A DNA stretch of 59,708 bases from a virus. Taxonomy: Duplodnaviria; Caudoviricetes. Numbering within the stretch: position 1 is the stretch's first letter; each line of letters starts with the position of its first letter. Positions 27,094-37,993 of the stretch are shown one piece after another. The notes beneath the pieces were generated by a model. That model made no database searches, was not told the origin of the DNA, and was given only the letters and a program-made list of their open reading frames with translations. The position numbers were made by a program, and so were the translations under genes. The DNA is taken from positions 1-59,708 of IMG/VR virus record IMGVR_UViG_3300017589_000117; one strand, given 5' to 3'.

Positions 27094-28290
27094 TTAATTT
27101 TCTTTGTCTTCTTTGACAACGTTTATTTCATCAAAGTAACAACAATTATCAATCAGTTCAAATTTAAAATCCTCGTTTACCAGAGATTGCATTGGGAAGA
27201 TGTTATTAATAAAATCTATCAATCTTATCTGTAACAGATTCAATAAGTCTGAGTTAGCATGTATCTCAGCATACATATCTGCTTTTCTAAGATTCCTTCC
27301 AAGCTTCACTAGATCTTCTCTCTTTTCAAGACCTGGATAATCTACAATCATTGAGTCAATAGTATCTTTAATATTGAACCATGCACCAGTTTTTATGATT
27401 CCAAGATTTGAGTCTGAAAGATATTTAACGAAGCTGTCAACTTCATCAATTCTTCCACCATGTCTTGAATCAATATAACATGGGATATCAACAAACTTTG
27501 GAGATAACTTACTTTTCTCAAGCTTTATCATACTTTCAGTTCCAGCGATGAACCCATCCTCAAATACATCTTTATTGTTACCAAATGTAATATGGAAGTG
27601 AGCACCATGCTTAAGACCGAAACCACCACCAGATTTTACTGACGATTGATAGGTTCCCATTTGTGTAAAGACCTGATTAAGCAATCCAACGAATACAGGA
27701 AACTTCTCTAAGTATGGAAACAAGTTACCAAGATTCTGTTTAAGTATTCTTGGTGCTTCTTGCATACCACCAGCATTCATAACAGATTTACCATTTTCAA
27801 CTGCTTCATGTTGTTTATTCGTACCACCAGTTGAGATTGTATCATAAATCTGAAATGATGAGATATCTGGAAATTCTTTACATTTCTCTTCAATCTTGAT
27901 CATTATTGCAAACATGCTTGCAAATGCTTCTTCCATAGAAGTTGCTGGTAATCGTAATAATTTGTTTGTATCAACACCTAACATTCCCAATCTTATATCA
28001 TCCATAGAAGACTCCATATCGTAAATTACAGGAATTCCTTCAGGATATGCAATTTGGTAATTTGCCATGCATTGATAGCTAAATGTTGATTTCCCAGACC
28101 CTGGAGGTCCAGAGATCTCACCAATAACACCAAGGGGAATTCCCCCACCATAGATACAATTAATTGCATATAGTGGGGTTAACACCTTCTTTCGAGAACT
28201 CATTAAAGAACCAGTCTTAGCTAAGACAAAGTTTGTATCTTTAATTAAGTCCTCAAAGAAATCATTGTCAAAACAATTAGCATCTGCCAT
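27094..28290 (-). CDS. recA: RecA/UvsX-like recombinase
   Basis: GGIPLG, GPPGSGKST, DMES, LNQV, SGGG.GLKH, KSK and GAWF motifs. Confidence 0.9.
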   Translation of the reverse strand: MADANCFDNDFFEDLIKDTNFVLAKTGSLMSSRKKVLTPLYAINCIYGGGIPLGVIGEISGPPGSGKSTFSYQCMANYQIAYPEGIPVIYDMESSMDDIRLGMLGVDTNKLLRLPATSMEEAFASMFAIMIKIEEKCKEFPDISSFQIYDTISTGGTNKQHEAVENGKSVMNAGGMQEAPRILKQNLGNLFPYLEKFPVFVGLLNQVFTQMGTYQSSVKSGGGFGLKHGAHFHITFGNNKDVFEDGFIAGTESMIKLEKSKLSPKFVDIPCYIDSRHGGRIDEVDSFVKYLSDSNLGIIKTGAWFNIKDTIDSMIVDYPGLEKREDLVKLGRNLRKADMYAEIHANSDLLNLLQIRLIDFINNIFPMQSLVNEDFKFELIDNCCYFDEINVVKEDKEN

Positions 28291-28291
28291 A

Positions 28292-29263
28292 TTAAGACTC
28301 TATTGTGCAGTCAACTTCATGAGAGCAAACTAAACATTTTCTTTCTCCATCTGAATGCTTACCGAAACAATCAGGTTTTCCAGCAGTATCTAATGGAGCA
28401 GTTTGAGTACCACCATCGAAAGGAGCACCATCATTAGTGGTTGTTTTAGCTGTATCAGCAATACTTGATGCAGCAGGAGGATTTTGTGCTGGATTAGCAG
28501 TTTCTTTATTATTCGGTGAGATAACATGTGAACTCATATATTCTGTATTTATTACTTCTGCCAGAGCTTTTACAGCAGTCATTGTTTTTTCATCAGGATA
28601 TCTTGGAGAGAAATCTTCTCTTAAATCTGGAATCTCTTCTAACAGTGCTTCAAATGCAGCATTATCAGGATTACCTTTATCATCTACACAAGAGATTGAT
28701 TCACCATAAGGGTCAACTGCAACAGTATATTTTGGATAACCATTAGCTTGTTGTTCCTTATCAATTACAATAACACGACCTTTATTCTCAGCAACTAAAC
28801 CACCAATATGTTCTCCTGAGTCAACAATAATTTTATTGAACAGGTCATAAACAGTTTTTGGGTACATTAACAAAACAACGTCTCCAACCTTTGGATCATC
28901 TGGTTTCTTGAAGTATCCATCACTTAAGAAAGTAATTTGACCATAACAGATCCCACGAATCTTGTAACCGTATTTTTGATAAGCTCCACATTCTTTGCCA
29001 AGCAGTTCTTCAGCAGAATGAATAGCGCCACAGATACCACATTCTTCTCCGTACATTTGTAAACAAGATACTTTACCTTTTCCAGTATCATGTCTAATAA
29101 TCTTACGCTGGACGCCACTCATTTTCATGTTGTAAAGTAATTTTACTTTAATCTTTCCATCGCCAGGATAGACTAATTTGTATTGACTATTATTGTTACT
29201 CTTGTTGCTTTCCTCTAATTCAGTGCTCGCCATTTGTTGCAGTTTTGAGAAATCGATATCCAT
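28292..29263 (-). CDS. single-stranded DNA-binding protein (gp32-like) with C-terminal Cys finger
   Basis: RH...CL....CGIC zinc core, position between primase and recA, low-complexity linker then CFGKH...CLVC...C. Confidence 0.65.
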   Translation of the reverse strand: MDIDFSKLQQMASTELEESNKSNNNSQYKLVYPGDGKIKVKLLYNMKMSGVQRKIIRHDTGKGKVSCLQMYGEECGICGAIHSAEELLGKECGAYQKYGYKIRGICYGQITFLSDGYFKKPDDPKVGDVVLLMYPKTVYDLFNKIIVDSGEHIGGLVAENKGRVIVIDKEQQANGYPKYTVAVDPYGESISCVDDKGNPDNAAFEALLEEIPDLREDFSPRYPDEKTMTAVKALAEVINTEYMSSHVISPNNKETANPAQNPPAASSIADTAKTTTNDGAPFDGGTQTAPLDTAGKPDCFGKHSDGERKCLVCSHEVDCTIES

Positions 29264-29282
29264 TTAGTAACCTCTTCTTATT

Positions 29283-30230
29283 TTATTTTGAGTATTTGAA
29301 CGACATTAATTTTGTATAGACTGCGGAATAATGTAGTATCCTATTGTCCATTACATATTCTTTGTATAATTTACTTCCTAAGTCAGATGCATCTTTATCA
29401 GATGGCATATTAACTAGATAAACAACACTGTTACCAACCAACTTCTTACTAAGGGTTTCTGCTAATCTTACATTTTCGTCCCTTCCTGCTTCGTCACCAT
29501 CTAACGTACAGTAATAATTCTGTGAATTCTTGTTAACAATAGAGCTTATTTGATTTTTTGAAGGATGACAACCATAGACTGCAACGGATTCTTTTCCAGC
29601 ACAGATTGAGGTTATAGCACCTTCATTAATAAACATATCTCCACCACTCTTTATATTGTTAATATTAAACACAGCTCCTGTTTTAGTTGCTCCAGATGGA
29701 TTTAAATATTTTGGTATTTGATCAATATAAGTTCTTGAAGAAAACATATCAGTCCAAACACCAGAACTACCTCCAAAAAGAGTATTTGGAATTACAACTC
29801 TTCCGAACAGGTCTCCAGTACCAACTCTTATATTATAGTATTGTATAAGTTCATCGGTTATATCACGACTAATACAATAATTATAAGCCATTGAATCTTT
29901 AACAATCCTTGCATTACCAACATAGAACATATTACTTTCTTCTTCATCTACATTGTTCTTGTAAGATTCTAAGTATCTCCCAAGATTATCATAGACACCA
30001 TAATATGACTCGTTATTAGTTTCTAAGCTTCCTCTTGAATGACACTTAAAACAGTAAAATTTTCCGAAACTACGATTGTTCTGAATATTAATATACAGCT
30101 TATAATCTTTATCGGCTTTACCTATCTTATCTTCACAAAATTGGCAACAATATCTTAAATGAGGTTTCTCACCATCTGTCTCTTTAAAATCCATGCCAAA
30201 CTTATTATAGATGTCATTAAGAGTAGCCAT
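29283..30230 (-). CDS. DnaG-type primase
   Basis: CQFC...CFKC zinc finger, KYLN, NEG and LDGDEAG Toprim motifs, KDASD. Confidence 0.9.
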   Translation of the reverse strand: MATLNDIYNKFGMDFKETDGEKPHLRYCCQFCEDKIGKADKDYKLYINIQNNRSFGKFYCFKCHSRGSLETNNESYYGVYDNLGRYLESYKNNVDEEESNMFYVGNARIVKDSMAYNYCISRDITDELIQYYNIRVGTGDLFGRVVIPNTLFGGSSGVWTDMFSSRTYIDQIPKYLNPSGATKTGAVFNINNIKSGGDMFINEGAITSICAGKESVAVYGCHPSKNQISSIVNKNSQNYYCTLDGDEAGRDENVRLAETLSKKLVGNSVVYLVNMPSDKDASDLGSKLYKEYVMDNRILHYSAVYTKLMSFKYSK

Positions 30231-30232
30231 GT

Positions 30233-31582
30233 CTAACTTTGTTCAGAAACTGTGGTTCTTGCTGGATTATCCATTTGCTTAGACCTCACATATTCTTCTT
30301 CTGTAATATTTTTCATCTGGGCATTTTCGCCATTAATGCTAATGCGAATCAACTTATTGTCTTGTCCACGTCGATTTTTGGCAATAAAAATAGTACCAAC
30401 AGATGAGCTAATTCCAGGTTTCCCCATGGTAAGCATTAAATCAATAATCTTTTGTTTCTTTGAAGACTCTGAAGCACCTTCCAATGGAATAACTTCACAC
30501 TTCCAGAATGCTGGTTTCGGTTGTGCAGCAATCATAATTACTGATTTATTAATAGTTGCAAACAATGCTACTTTATTATAAACATCACCACCAGATTTGT
30601 ACATGTTATCTTGTTCTTCTGATAGATTTTCATCATAGTCAATAATTATCATATTGAAATGAACTCGATGTTCTTTTTGTATAGACATTATTTCTTCTAA
30701 CAACTGTGATACTGATAATTCATCTGCACCATAAGATGCAATAAAGATGTTACTAAGAACACCTGACATGTTATACTTCTGAATGAATGCTTTTAATTCT
30801 GGTTCTGTAAACCCAATGATCGTCTTTGTATCAACTCCAGACAGACATGATAAATATCGTATTAAACCATCGTACTTTTTCATATCTCCTAAGAAAACAT
30901 GAAGGCAGGTAAATCCCTGTTGACCAGTTGAGATACCTTGGTTTATCAACATTGTTGTTTTACCATTTCCAGGAGGAGCTGTTACCATGTTAAGAGTTCC
31001 AGGTATTAACCCACCATACTGCATACACCAGTTAACAGAGTCAATAAAGAATTTAACAATTACAGGGTTATCTACAGACCCCAAGGCATCTTCTTTAATG
31101 TTATTAAGATTACTAACGTCTGAAAGATTATAAACAGGCGACTTAGCAAAATTGAGATAAATACTATCTCTAAGATCTAAAGCAACTCGATCTAGATCTA
31201 TTTCTCCATCTTCCATATACCCAATAGCTTTATTTAATGAGTACTCAATTTTATTTCTTCTTATGAAATCAGTTACCTGTTCATATAGAAAATTTTCACT
31301 TGAGATTTCAGTTTTGTAAATTCTATCTATCGCATCTATGGCATCTTGAACTAAACCATAATTTTCTGAGTGGGCTTTAGTTACAATGATGGACATTTCT
31401 TTTTCTGTTGGAACCGTCATGTACCTTGTGTAATAATCTTTCAAACACTTGTAAATTAATTTAAAGGAAGAATTAATATAAAACTCTTCATTTATTTCCT
31501 TCATACACTTTGAAAGAAGATATGGGTCATTAACCAAAGCAACTAATGAGATTTCTTGAAGTTCTTTACTTGTTCCCTTCAT
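30233..31582 (-). CDS. DnaB-like replicative helicase
   Basis: APPGNGKTT, IIIDYD, AAQ and AKNRRG motifs. Confidence 0.9.
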   Translation of the reverse strand: MKGTSKELQEISLVALVNDPYLLSKCMKEINEEFYINSSFKLIYKCLKDYYTRYMTVPTEKEMSIIVTKAHSENYGLVQDAIDAIDRIYKTEISSENFLYEQVTDFIRRNKIEYSLNKAIGYMEDGEIDLDRVALDLRDSIYLNFAKSPVYNLSDVSNLNNIKEDALGSVDNPVIVKFFIDSVNWCMQYGGLIPGTLNMVTAPPGNGKTTMLINQGISTGQQGFTCLHVFLGDMKKYDGLIRYLSCLSGVDTKTIIGFTEPELKAFIQKYNMSGVLSNIFIASYGADELSVSQLLEEIMSIQKEHRVHFNMIIIDYDENLSEEQDNMYKSGGDVYNKVALFATINKSVIMIAAQPKPAFWKCEVIPLEGASESSKKQKIIDLMLTMGKPGISSSVGTIFIAKNRRGQDNKLIRISINGENAQMKNITEEEYVRSKQMDNPARTTVSEQS

Positions 31583-31611
31583 ACGTTAAGCCACACCAAT
31601 CTTAAGATTTT

Positions 31612-31803
31612 TTAAACTGTCAATGTTTCAATCTTGTCTGTCTTTGTAGTTGAAATAATTCTACAAAGTGCAAGACCTTTTTCAGATTTACTTACTTCTT
31701 TATGGAAGTATTTGATAGCATCATCATAGTCTTGAAATGATGGGGATAGTACCTCACCTGTTATTTCGCTCATTACAATAAATTCACCACGAATACTTCT
31801 CAT
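31612..31803 (-). CDS. hypothetical protein
   Basis: RBS AAGGAG; first gene after a promoter. Confidence 0.65.
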   Translation of the reverse strand: MRSIRGEFIVMSEITGEVLSPSFQDYDDAIKYFHKEVSKSEKGLALCRIISTTKTDKIETLTV

Positions 31804-31826
31804 CTTTTATTTCTCCTTTCGTTTTC

Positions 31827-31865
31827 ATTACACAACTAACAACGTCACTAAATCTAATAAACATC
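31827..31865 (-). promoter_or_regulatory. phage promoter motif
   Basis: GATGTTT-N14-CGTTGTTAGTTGTGTAA. Confidence 0.8.
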
Positions 31866-31866
31866 A

Positions 31867-33411
31867 TTATTTTTCAAAATTATTAAAAATATTTTCTATT
31901 TCTTTAACTTCAATATTATAGAAGATTTTATCTTCAGGAATGTTTATTAATTCTCTGTATCTTTTCATTCTTAGTCTGTTATGATTTGAAAGAACAACAT
32001 CAGCAGAATCTGTGAAATCTACAATCCATGCCATCTTACCAGTCTTTGTTAATCTTAAAACTCTACCAAGACCTTGTATCTGTAATCTTTCTCCTTTACC
32101 ACCATAACCAAGAATTATGACATCAAGATTTGGAATATCAACTCCTTCATATAAATGTGAAGTCCCTATTAGTATACTACAATCTCCCGACTCATACTTA
32201 GAAAATACATCATCTTTATCTTGAATAAACTCCCCATCAACATATTTCTCAAAAACTCCACCACCAAAAGATGCTCGACATGTATCTGACAGATTATAAT
32301 TATCTAATAATTGCATTATCTTGTGTGCCCATCTTCTTGTTCTAACGAGTATTAAAGATTTACGATTAACTGAATGAAAGTAATTAGCAGTGTCTGCAAT
32401 TAACTGACATCGGTGATCAGATTCTAATCTTTCTTTTGAGATAACATGCCAATTTGTAATATCATCCTTTCCAATAGGCTCATCTGCAAGGTTACTTATA
32501 ACGAGTAAAACTGGTACGGATAATTGTTTATTGCCTATTAAAGACCCTGCAGTTATGTTTAAAGCGACTCTTCCAGTTGCTCCGAGTATCAATAGTTCCT
32601 TGTGGTTAAATTCTGAGATTTGTTCACTGTTAACTCTTGAATGATCAATTGCTGATGCTGACATCCCAACTGAATAAATTATATTACTAAGACTATATGT
32701 TGGAGTTCTAAAAGTGTCACTTGACATATGGTGACATTCATCTCCAAACAAAATCTCGACATTATCTAACAGGTCAGGATTCTTCTTAAGATCATTGCAT
32801 AGAGAAGTTGGATGTGAGATATTAACTGTGTTATTTATTATCTCTCTGTTCTCTGAATACTTTGAGGTTTCAATCTCATACTTATCAAATCTATTAATTG
32901 TTGATTCAACTAATTTTACAGTTGGCTCTAATATTAAGGTTGTTGGAGTGACTCCAGTCTTCTTATTTAGAACTTTAACAACACCACACATTATTTCTGT
33001 TTTACCACCACCAGTACTTATCTGGATGACACATCTTTTATAATGCAAAATTTTTCTCATAGCAACTAATTGTACGACTCTTAACTCAATTCCTGGAAGA
33101 ATATTCTTATAGTCATTCATACTGAATATAAGATCGTCGACAGTAGATATCTCTGAAGTATTTAAATAATTTTGTACATCAGACCTTACAAAATATTTTT
33201 TCAATAAAAAGAACAACCCTGCTGGTAATATCATTATCCTTTTATCTTCAGATAATGTATAGAGCCTGATTGTTCTCTCTGGTATATCTATTATTCTTTT
33301 ACCCATTCTTTGAGTTCTCGATTTTTCGATACAAACAGCTTCTGTCATTAGCATTTTAAAACATGGGTCTTGATTATCAATATAGATCCAATCGCTGTAG
33401 ACTTTAACCAT
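31867..33411 (-). CDS. SF2 DNA helicase (UvsW-like)
   Basis: STGGGKT, DECHH, SAS, EGVDIP, QGLGRVLR. Confidence 0.9.
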   Translation of the reverse strand: MVKVYSDWIYIDNQDPCFKMLMTEAVCIEKSRTQRMGKRIIDIPERTIRLYTLSEDKRIMILPAGLFFLLKKYFVRSDVQNYLNTSEISTVDDLIFSMNDYKNILPGIELRVVQLVAMRKILHYKRCVIQISTGGGKTEIMCGVVKVLNKKTGVTPTTLILEPTVKLVESTINRFDKYEIETSKYSENREIINNTVNISHPTSLCNDLKKNPDLLDNVEILFGDECHHMSSDTFRTPTYSLSNIIYSVGMSASAIDHSRVNSEQISEFNHKELLILGATGRVALNITAGSLIGNKQLSVPVLLVISNLADEPIGKDDITNWHVISKERLESDHRCQLIADTANYFHSVNRKSLILVRTRRWAHKIMQLLDNYNLSDTCRASFGGGVFEKYVDGEFIQDKDDVFSKYESGDCSILIGTSHLYEGVDIPNLDVIILGYGGKGERLQIQGLGRVLRLTKTGKMAWIVDFTDSADVVLSNHNRLRMKRYRELINIPEDKIFYNIEVKEIENIFNNFEK

Positions 33412-33434
33412 TTAGACACATCCTTTTAATTTTA

Positions 33435-33638
33435 TTACATAACCTCTGTTACATAGTATAGAATTTCCATTAAAGCAAACAAGCTAGAAAAGAATCCCAA
33501 AGCAACGACTGGTACATACAGTAACATTGTTAAAATGAAACTGTTGTTACCGATGTAATATCCATCAGTTACTTTTACAAATAATTTAATGCTTAAGACA
33601 GTAAGTCCAACTGCTATTATAAAGTATAATGCTTCCAT
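33435..33638 (-). CDS. small membrane protein
   Basis: Two hydrophobic segments. Confidence 0.6.
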   Translation of the reverse strand: MEALYFIIAVGLTVLSIKLFVKVTDGYYIGNNSFILTMLLYVPVVALGFFSSLFALMEILYYVTEVM

Positions 33639-33652
33639 TATTATGTCCTTTC

Positions 33653-34156
33653 TTATAAAACAGGATATGACCAGTGTGCTTGGAACCTGATATAATCGTC
33701 TATTATACTTGATTTACATAATCCGACTCCAAGAGCACTATCAAGATATTGTATTGTATGACATTCTAATTCTTGTGGTATCCCCATTATAGTCTTATTC
33801 TCAGGTGTCGGTTCCTTAAAGAACTTAAGACATATTGGTTTATCAATAAACACAACATCAGTTACGATGTACAGACCATTAAACATAACATATTCATAGT
33901 TGTTGTAATCAAGAAGTGTTGTTGGAATACTTCTCTTAGATCTTATAAGCCTTTTAGTTTTTTCAAAATTCTGACCGAAGTTCAAATTATTATACTTCAT
34001 TATTAAATCCATAAAGTCTATAAAAGATCTTGTCATCTTTATTGCAGCTTTGTCAAGAACACGTTCCCTCTCCATCTTATCAAGAATACTTCTATCCTTG
34101 CTGATGACCTCAAACCAGTAGATCTCTTTATCTGTCAAATTTATCTTTTCAATCAT
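33653..34156 (-). CDS. hypothetical protein
   Basis: ORF with RBS in operon. Confidence 0.65.
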   Translation of the reverse strand: MIEKINLTDKEIYWFEVISKDRSILDKMERERVLDKAAIKMTRSFIDFMDLIMKYNNLNFGQNFEKTKRLIRSKRSIPTTLLDYNNYEYVMFNGLYIVTDVVFIDKPICLKFFKEPTPENKTIMGIPQELECHTIQYLDSALGVGLCKSSIIDDYIRFQAHWSYPVL

Positions 34157-34180
34157 TATGTCTAGTATCTCCTCAGAAAC

Positions 34181-35194
34181 TTATTTTGATTGCTCTTCTG
34201 TTATAACGATTTCATCAATTTCCTTTGTATAATAAAGATTATACATATAACTCATTAGAACATTATTAACATTATTGAACTTGTTGTAATATTCTAAGCT
34301 AAGCACTTCCATCATTTGTTCTAAAGACAGCTTATTAATTTTAAAACTGTTCCTTAGTGCAGAGATTTTCTTCAAAGATTTATAAGTCATGTTAAATGAA
34401 TCTAAAAATTCTATAATAACACCACTTTCTTCGAAGTCATTTATGCTTTCAGCAAGACCGTTTTCATCACATTCAACTCTTACCTTAGATCTCTTGAGGA
34501 TCTCAAATACCTCTCTTACAGACAATGAAATTTTAGAGGCAACAACCGTATCATAATCAAGTTTCTTAAGGGCAGAGAGCTTCTCAGAGATTTCTAACTC
34601 ATACTTAATATTGATTGAAAGAAAGTCTGAGATATTTTCTGTTATAATAACTGGCACAACATTCAAAAGAATTATTCCATCTTTATTACTCATACCATTA
34701 TAAATATAATAGACCCCATATTCAGTATCAATATCAATAGCAATAATGCAAGGGTCAACATCTTTTGAGTCTTTAGATTTTAACATAATCTGAATTGTGC
34801 TAGATGTATTTCTGACATATGCCATTACATCAAAAGTATCAATGAGAGCTTCAAATTCTTCAATTTGCTCAACCAGCTTATCATTGTTACCTGAGATTGA
34901 TATTACATTTGATGTGCCAGATTCTACAATATAAGAAAGATGATTTAAATTAAATTCATTTGTAACCATCATTTCATTTATAAATTCTAGCCACTTTCTT
35001 GGATGTGCTCGATATAAACCTTTACTAGCACTGTGACTTATTCCGATACCATTACAAACATCTTTTAAAGCACCTTTATGTAACACATAGTAAGACTTGA
35101 TATTGGTTGTCAAGTTTTCTATTGTTAATATAGAAGGTTCTGTCATTGTGATGCTTACCTCTTTACTGCCATGAATAACTTCAAATATTTTCAA
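34181..35194 (-). CDS. hypothetical protein
   Basis: 337-aa ORF, TTG start after GGGAGA. Confidence 0.65.
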   Translation of the reverse strand: MKIFEVIHGSKEVSITMTEPSILTIENLTTNIKSYYVLHKGALKDVCNGIGISHSASKGLYRAHPRKWLEFINEMMVTNEFNLNHLSYIVESGTSNVISISGNNDKLVEQIEEFEALIDTFDVMAYVRNTSSTIQIMLKSKDSKDVDPCIIAIDIDTEYGVYYIYNGMSNKDGIILLNVVPVIITENISDFLSINIKYELEISEKLSALKKLDYDTVVASKISLSVREVFEILKRSKVRVECDENGLAESINDFEESGVIIEFLDSFNMTYKSLKKISALRNSFKINKLSLEQMMEVLSLEYYNKFNNVNNVLMSYMYNLYYTKEIDEIVITEEQSK

Positions 35195-35205
35195 TATGTC
35201 TCTCC

Positions 35206-35493
35206 CTATCTTAGATGTATAAATTTTTCTTTGTTCTTGTTGTACTCTTCAGAAAGCTCTTTATCAAATTCTTGATCCTTTTCAAATTTAACTCTTAGAG
35301 CAAAATCTCGACCATAAGAATTCCGAACCTTACGATACCCTAATCTTAAAGTTCCAACCCCTTCAATATTAACAGATTCCCCAGCCAGCAACTTATTCTT
35401 GATACCTTTGTTATACTCTTGTATTATACCATTAGCAAACGCTTCATCAACGTTAATATGTATCTCATTACCATTAAGCTTTACATCTCTCAT
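35206..35493 (-). CDS. HU/IHF-like DNA-binding protein
   Basis: LLAGESVNIEGVGTL...R..RN...VKF pattern. Confidence 0.75.
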   Translation of the reverse strand: MRDVKLNGNEIHINVDEAFANGIIQEYNKGIKNKLLAGESVNIEGVGTLRLGYRKVRNSYGRDFALRVKFEKDQEFDKELSEEYNKNKEKFIHLR

Positions 35494-35515
35494 CTCTTAG
35501 TCCTCCTTCCATAAT

Positions 35516-35899
35516 TTATTTTACCTTAATATTTATTAGTTCTGAGATAACTTCTAAGAGGTTAATTTGACTTTCAATTACATCAACTTCATTGAATTCA
35601 CAAGGTAGATTAGCATCTTCGTTGTCAAGAAGTTCATGTTTCTTTTTATTAATTCGTTTTGATTCAGATTCTATTAGATCAAGAACTTCCTTTTTAGATT
35701 CCTTCTTCTTTTCAGAGTCATTAAGATATCTTAACACCTCTCTGAAAGTGTCCACTTGAACTTGTAAAGTATGTATATCATGTTCGTTTATTGATCTGAT
35801 GTTAGTCTTTGGCTTTAACTGATAAACTCTTTCAGCATCAAGAAGAAATATTTTATCTTTCAGATATTTCCTAAGCTTCTTATTCTTCAACAGATTCAC
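35516..35899 (-). CDS. hypothetical protein
   Basis: ORF track, GTG start. Confidence 0.55.
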   Translation of the reverse strand: MNLLKNKKLRKYLKDKIFLLDAERVYQLKPKTNIRSINEHDIHTLQVQVDTFREVLRYLNDSEKKKESKKEVLDLIESESKRINKKKHELLDNEDANLPCEFNEVDVIESQINLLEVISELINIKVK

Positions 35900-35902
35900 A
35901 CA

Positions 35903-37273
35903 TTAGAATTTTGAAAATTCTACACCTTTCATAAATTTTCGCACATCTTTCAGAAGATCTGTATACTTCTCAGTAAGATACTGAAATATGTCGTCATTGT
36001 TATTTTTGTTCTTGTCAATGCTTTTCTTTAAATCAATTATCTCATTCTTATATTCTTTTGTAAGATATGAAAGTGGTTTTGACAACAAGGTCTTTGATTG
36101 ATCTTTAGTTGTACCATACTTACCACTAATAAAAGTTAAAGCCTCAGAAGTGCTCATTTCTATTAATTTTAGCACACTTTTATCACTTTTCATCTCTTCA
36201 ATTGTTTCTAAGATTTTAAGTTTATATTCCATTGCTTCAAGTTCTGTCTTGAATTTATTTTCACAGCATTTTACAAGATAAGTTAAATTTCTTTTTACAA
36301 CTTCATGAAAGCCACAATAGGTTGCAACGCCATGATCTGAAAAGATAAATCTAAAATTCTCATTAACTGTTAACTTCTTATCTAACTTCTCTTTAATCTC
36401 ATTAATATCAACTCGTTTATATGGTAGGAGTTCTACAACGTATCTTGTTGAAGTTGAAGTTTCATCTCTGGCATCTACTCTGTCCTGATTAATCTCAACT
36501 GATAGAACTTTCATTACATCTTCAAAGTTCTTTTTAGATGGAACACCAGTTATTATTAAAGACTTATTATCATCTCCAACTGTAATATTTGGACCATACT
36601 TTATTGATCCTTGACCATTCCTCATAATCTCTACCCATTCATCTTTTGTAGATTTAATATTAACATTCCCAACATTTGGTTTTACAACCATCGATTGAGG
36701 AGTTTCAATATCTCTGGACTTTAGAACCTCCAGATAATATTTTATTAAGTCTATTGGATTCATTGGTGGTATGTTTACAGTTGGCATTCCGACTGGTATT
36801 CCATAGGCACCATGTAGAAAACATAAAGGAAGTAATGAAGGAAGATCTAATGGTTCATCTATATCCATTTCTCCAACTTTGAAATCTGCATATTCTACAA
36901 ATTGTGTAAATATCTTTGATGCTAGATCAGAGATTTGACATTCTGTATATCTTTCTGCTGCTGCACCATGTCCGAACCCTCCAAAGTTTCCTTTAGTCTC
37001 AAATAATGGGAACGAACAATTATATTGTGATGCCATTGAAACAATTACTCCATAAATTGAATTTGGATGTGGATGTAATTTTACAATTTCACCAATTGCA
37101 TTTACTGATTTGACTTTCTTCTTTGGTAAAAACTTATCACAACAGTAAATTACTCTTCTATGGACTGCTTTACAACCATCATAGATACTTGGATATGCTC
37201 TTGTTTCAATAACGTATTTTGAATAACTAATGTAATTCTCTGAAACAATTTCAACACTATCTCGAACCTCCAT
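35903..37273 (-). CDS. type IIA topoisomerase subunit A (GyrA/ParC-like, no C-terminal pinwheel)
   Basis: RAYP..DGCK.VHRR, HPH, KGNFG, AAERYT catalytic Tyr, GIPVG; ATG 37273 after GGAGG. Confidence 0.92.
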   Translation of the reverse strand: MEVRDSVEIVSENYISYSKYVIETRAYPSIYDGCKAVHRRVIYCCDKFLPKKKVKSVNAIGEIVKLHPHPNSIYGVIVSMASQYNCSFPLFETKGNFGGFGHGAAAERYTECQISDLASKIFTQFVEYADFKVGEMDIDEPLDLPSLLPLCFLHGAYGIPVGMPTVNIPPMNPIDLIKYYLEVLKSRDIETPQSMVVKPNVGNVNIKSTKDEWVEIMRNGQGSIKYGPNITVGDDNKSLIITGVPSKKNFEDVMKVLSVEINQDRVDARDETSTSTRYVVELLPYKRVDINEIKEKLDKKLTVNENFRFIFSDHGVATYCGFHEVVKRNLTYLVKCCENKFKTELEAMEYKLKILETIEEMKSDKSVLKLIEMSTSEALTFISGKYGTTKDQSKTLLSKPLSYLTKEYKNEIIDLKKSIDKNKNNNDDIFQYLTEKYTDLLKDVRKFMKGVEFSKF

Positions 37274-37523
37274 AAAACTCCTCCATATAAATAAGATCAA
37301 CTCTTTCGCTGTCAGCTATTAACATTAACATAATCCCTGTAACATTTCCCATTTTACATCTCTTGTTTGTATATTGAGAAGTCTCTATATTGTATAGTAC
37401 ATTGTTTATCATGACTTTATCTGACTTATTGTATTTGTAGTCATTTCTCATTATTACAATTATTATACCATCAAGAGGATAATCAAATACTTTCTGAACA
37501 TCATTGCTGTTGTATACTGTCAT
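37257..37523 (-). CDS. hypothetical protein
   Basis: ORF track. Confidence 0.5.
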   Translation of the reverse strand: MTVYNSNDVQKVFDYPLDGIIIVIMRNDYKYNKSDKVMINNVLYNIETSQYTNKRCKMGNVTGIMLMLIADSERVDLIYMEEFYGGSR

Positions 37524-37528
37524 TGTTA

Positions 37529-37762
37529 TTAAACTGCTTTAATACATTTAGCATTTTTAATATTAATATTGTTGATGTAATTACCAACAAGCTTGTAAAT
37601 TCCAGTGTCTTTAAATAAATCCAACTGTCTTAAGTATTCATTGTAATCCATCCCTAAAGAGGTTGCAATTGACTCGTGACTTTTGTTATCAGTTGAATTA
37701 TTTCTCATACTATGGATAAGTATCAGAGTATACAAAGTCATTCTATTATCTTTTCTTTTCAT
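37529..37762 (-). CDS. small hypothetical protein, possibly HTH
   Basis: RBS AAGGAG; SHESIATSLGMD helix pattern. Confidence 0.55.
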   Translation of the reverse strand: MKRKDNRMTLYTLILIHSMRNNSTDNKSHESIATSLGMDYNEYLRQLDLFKDTGIYKLVGNYINNINIKNAKCIKAV

Positions 37763-37774
37763 TTTTATCAGCTC

Positions 37775-37813
37775 CTTACATAACTAACAACGTTATATTT
37801 ATTGTTAAACATC
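37775..37813 (-). promoter_or_regulatory. phage promoter motif
   Basis: GATGTTT-N14-CGTTGTTAGTTATGTAAG. Confidence 0.8.
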
Positions 37814-37831
37814 AAATTATTTTTAAAATAA

Positions 37832-37985
37832 ACCCACGCAACTAATTTAAAAAATCGCAGGGTCGTCCTTTGGATCGATAGATTCAATGGATGACCTCAG
37901 TCATTAAGTTTTAAATTATTAAATACCCACGCAATATCTTGGTATTATTAATAGTGCTTCTTAAGAATGCTCATTTATTGCGTGG
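37832..37985. repeat. CCACGCAA boxes (two direct, one inverted) around a hairpin; candidate replication origin
   Basis: ACCCACGCAA at 37832 and 37925, TTGCGTGG at 37978; GGTCGTCC/GGATGACC hairpin ~37861-37897; AT-rich spacers. Confidence 0.55.
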
Positions 37986-37993
37986 CTTTAAAT

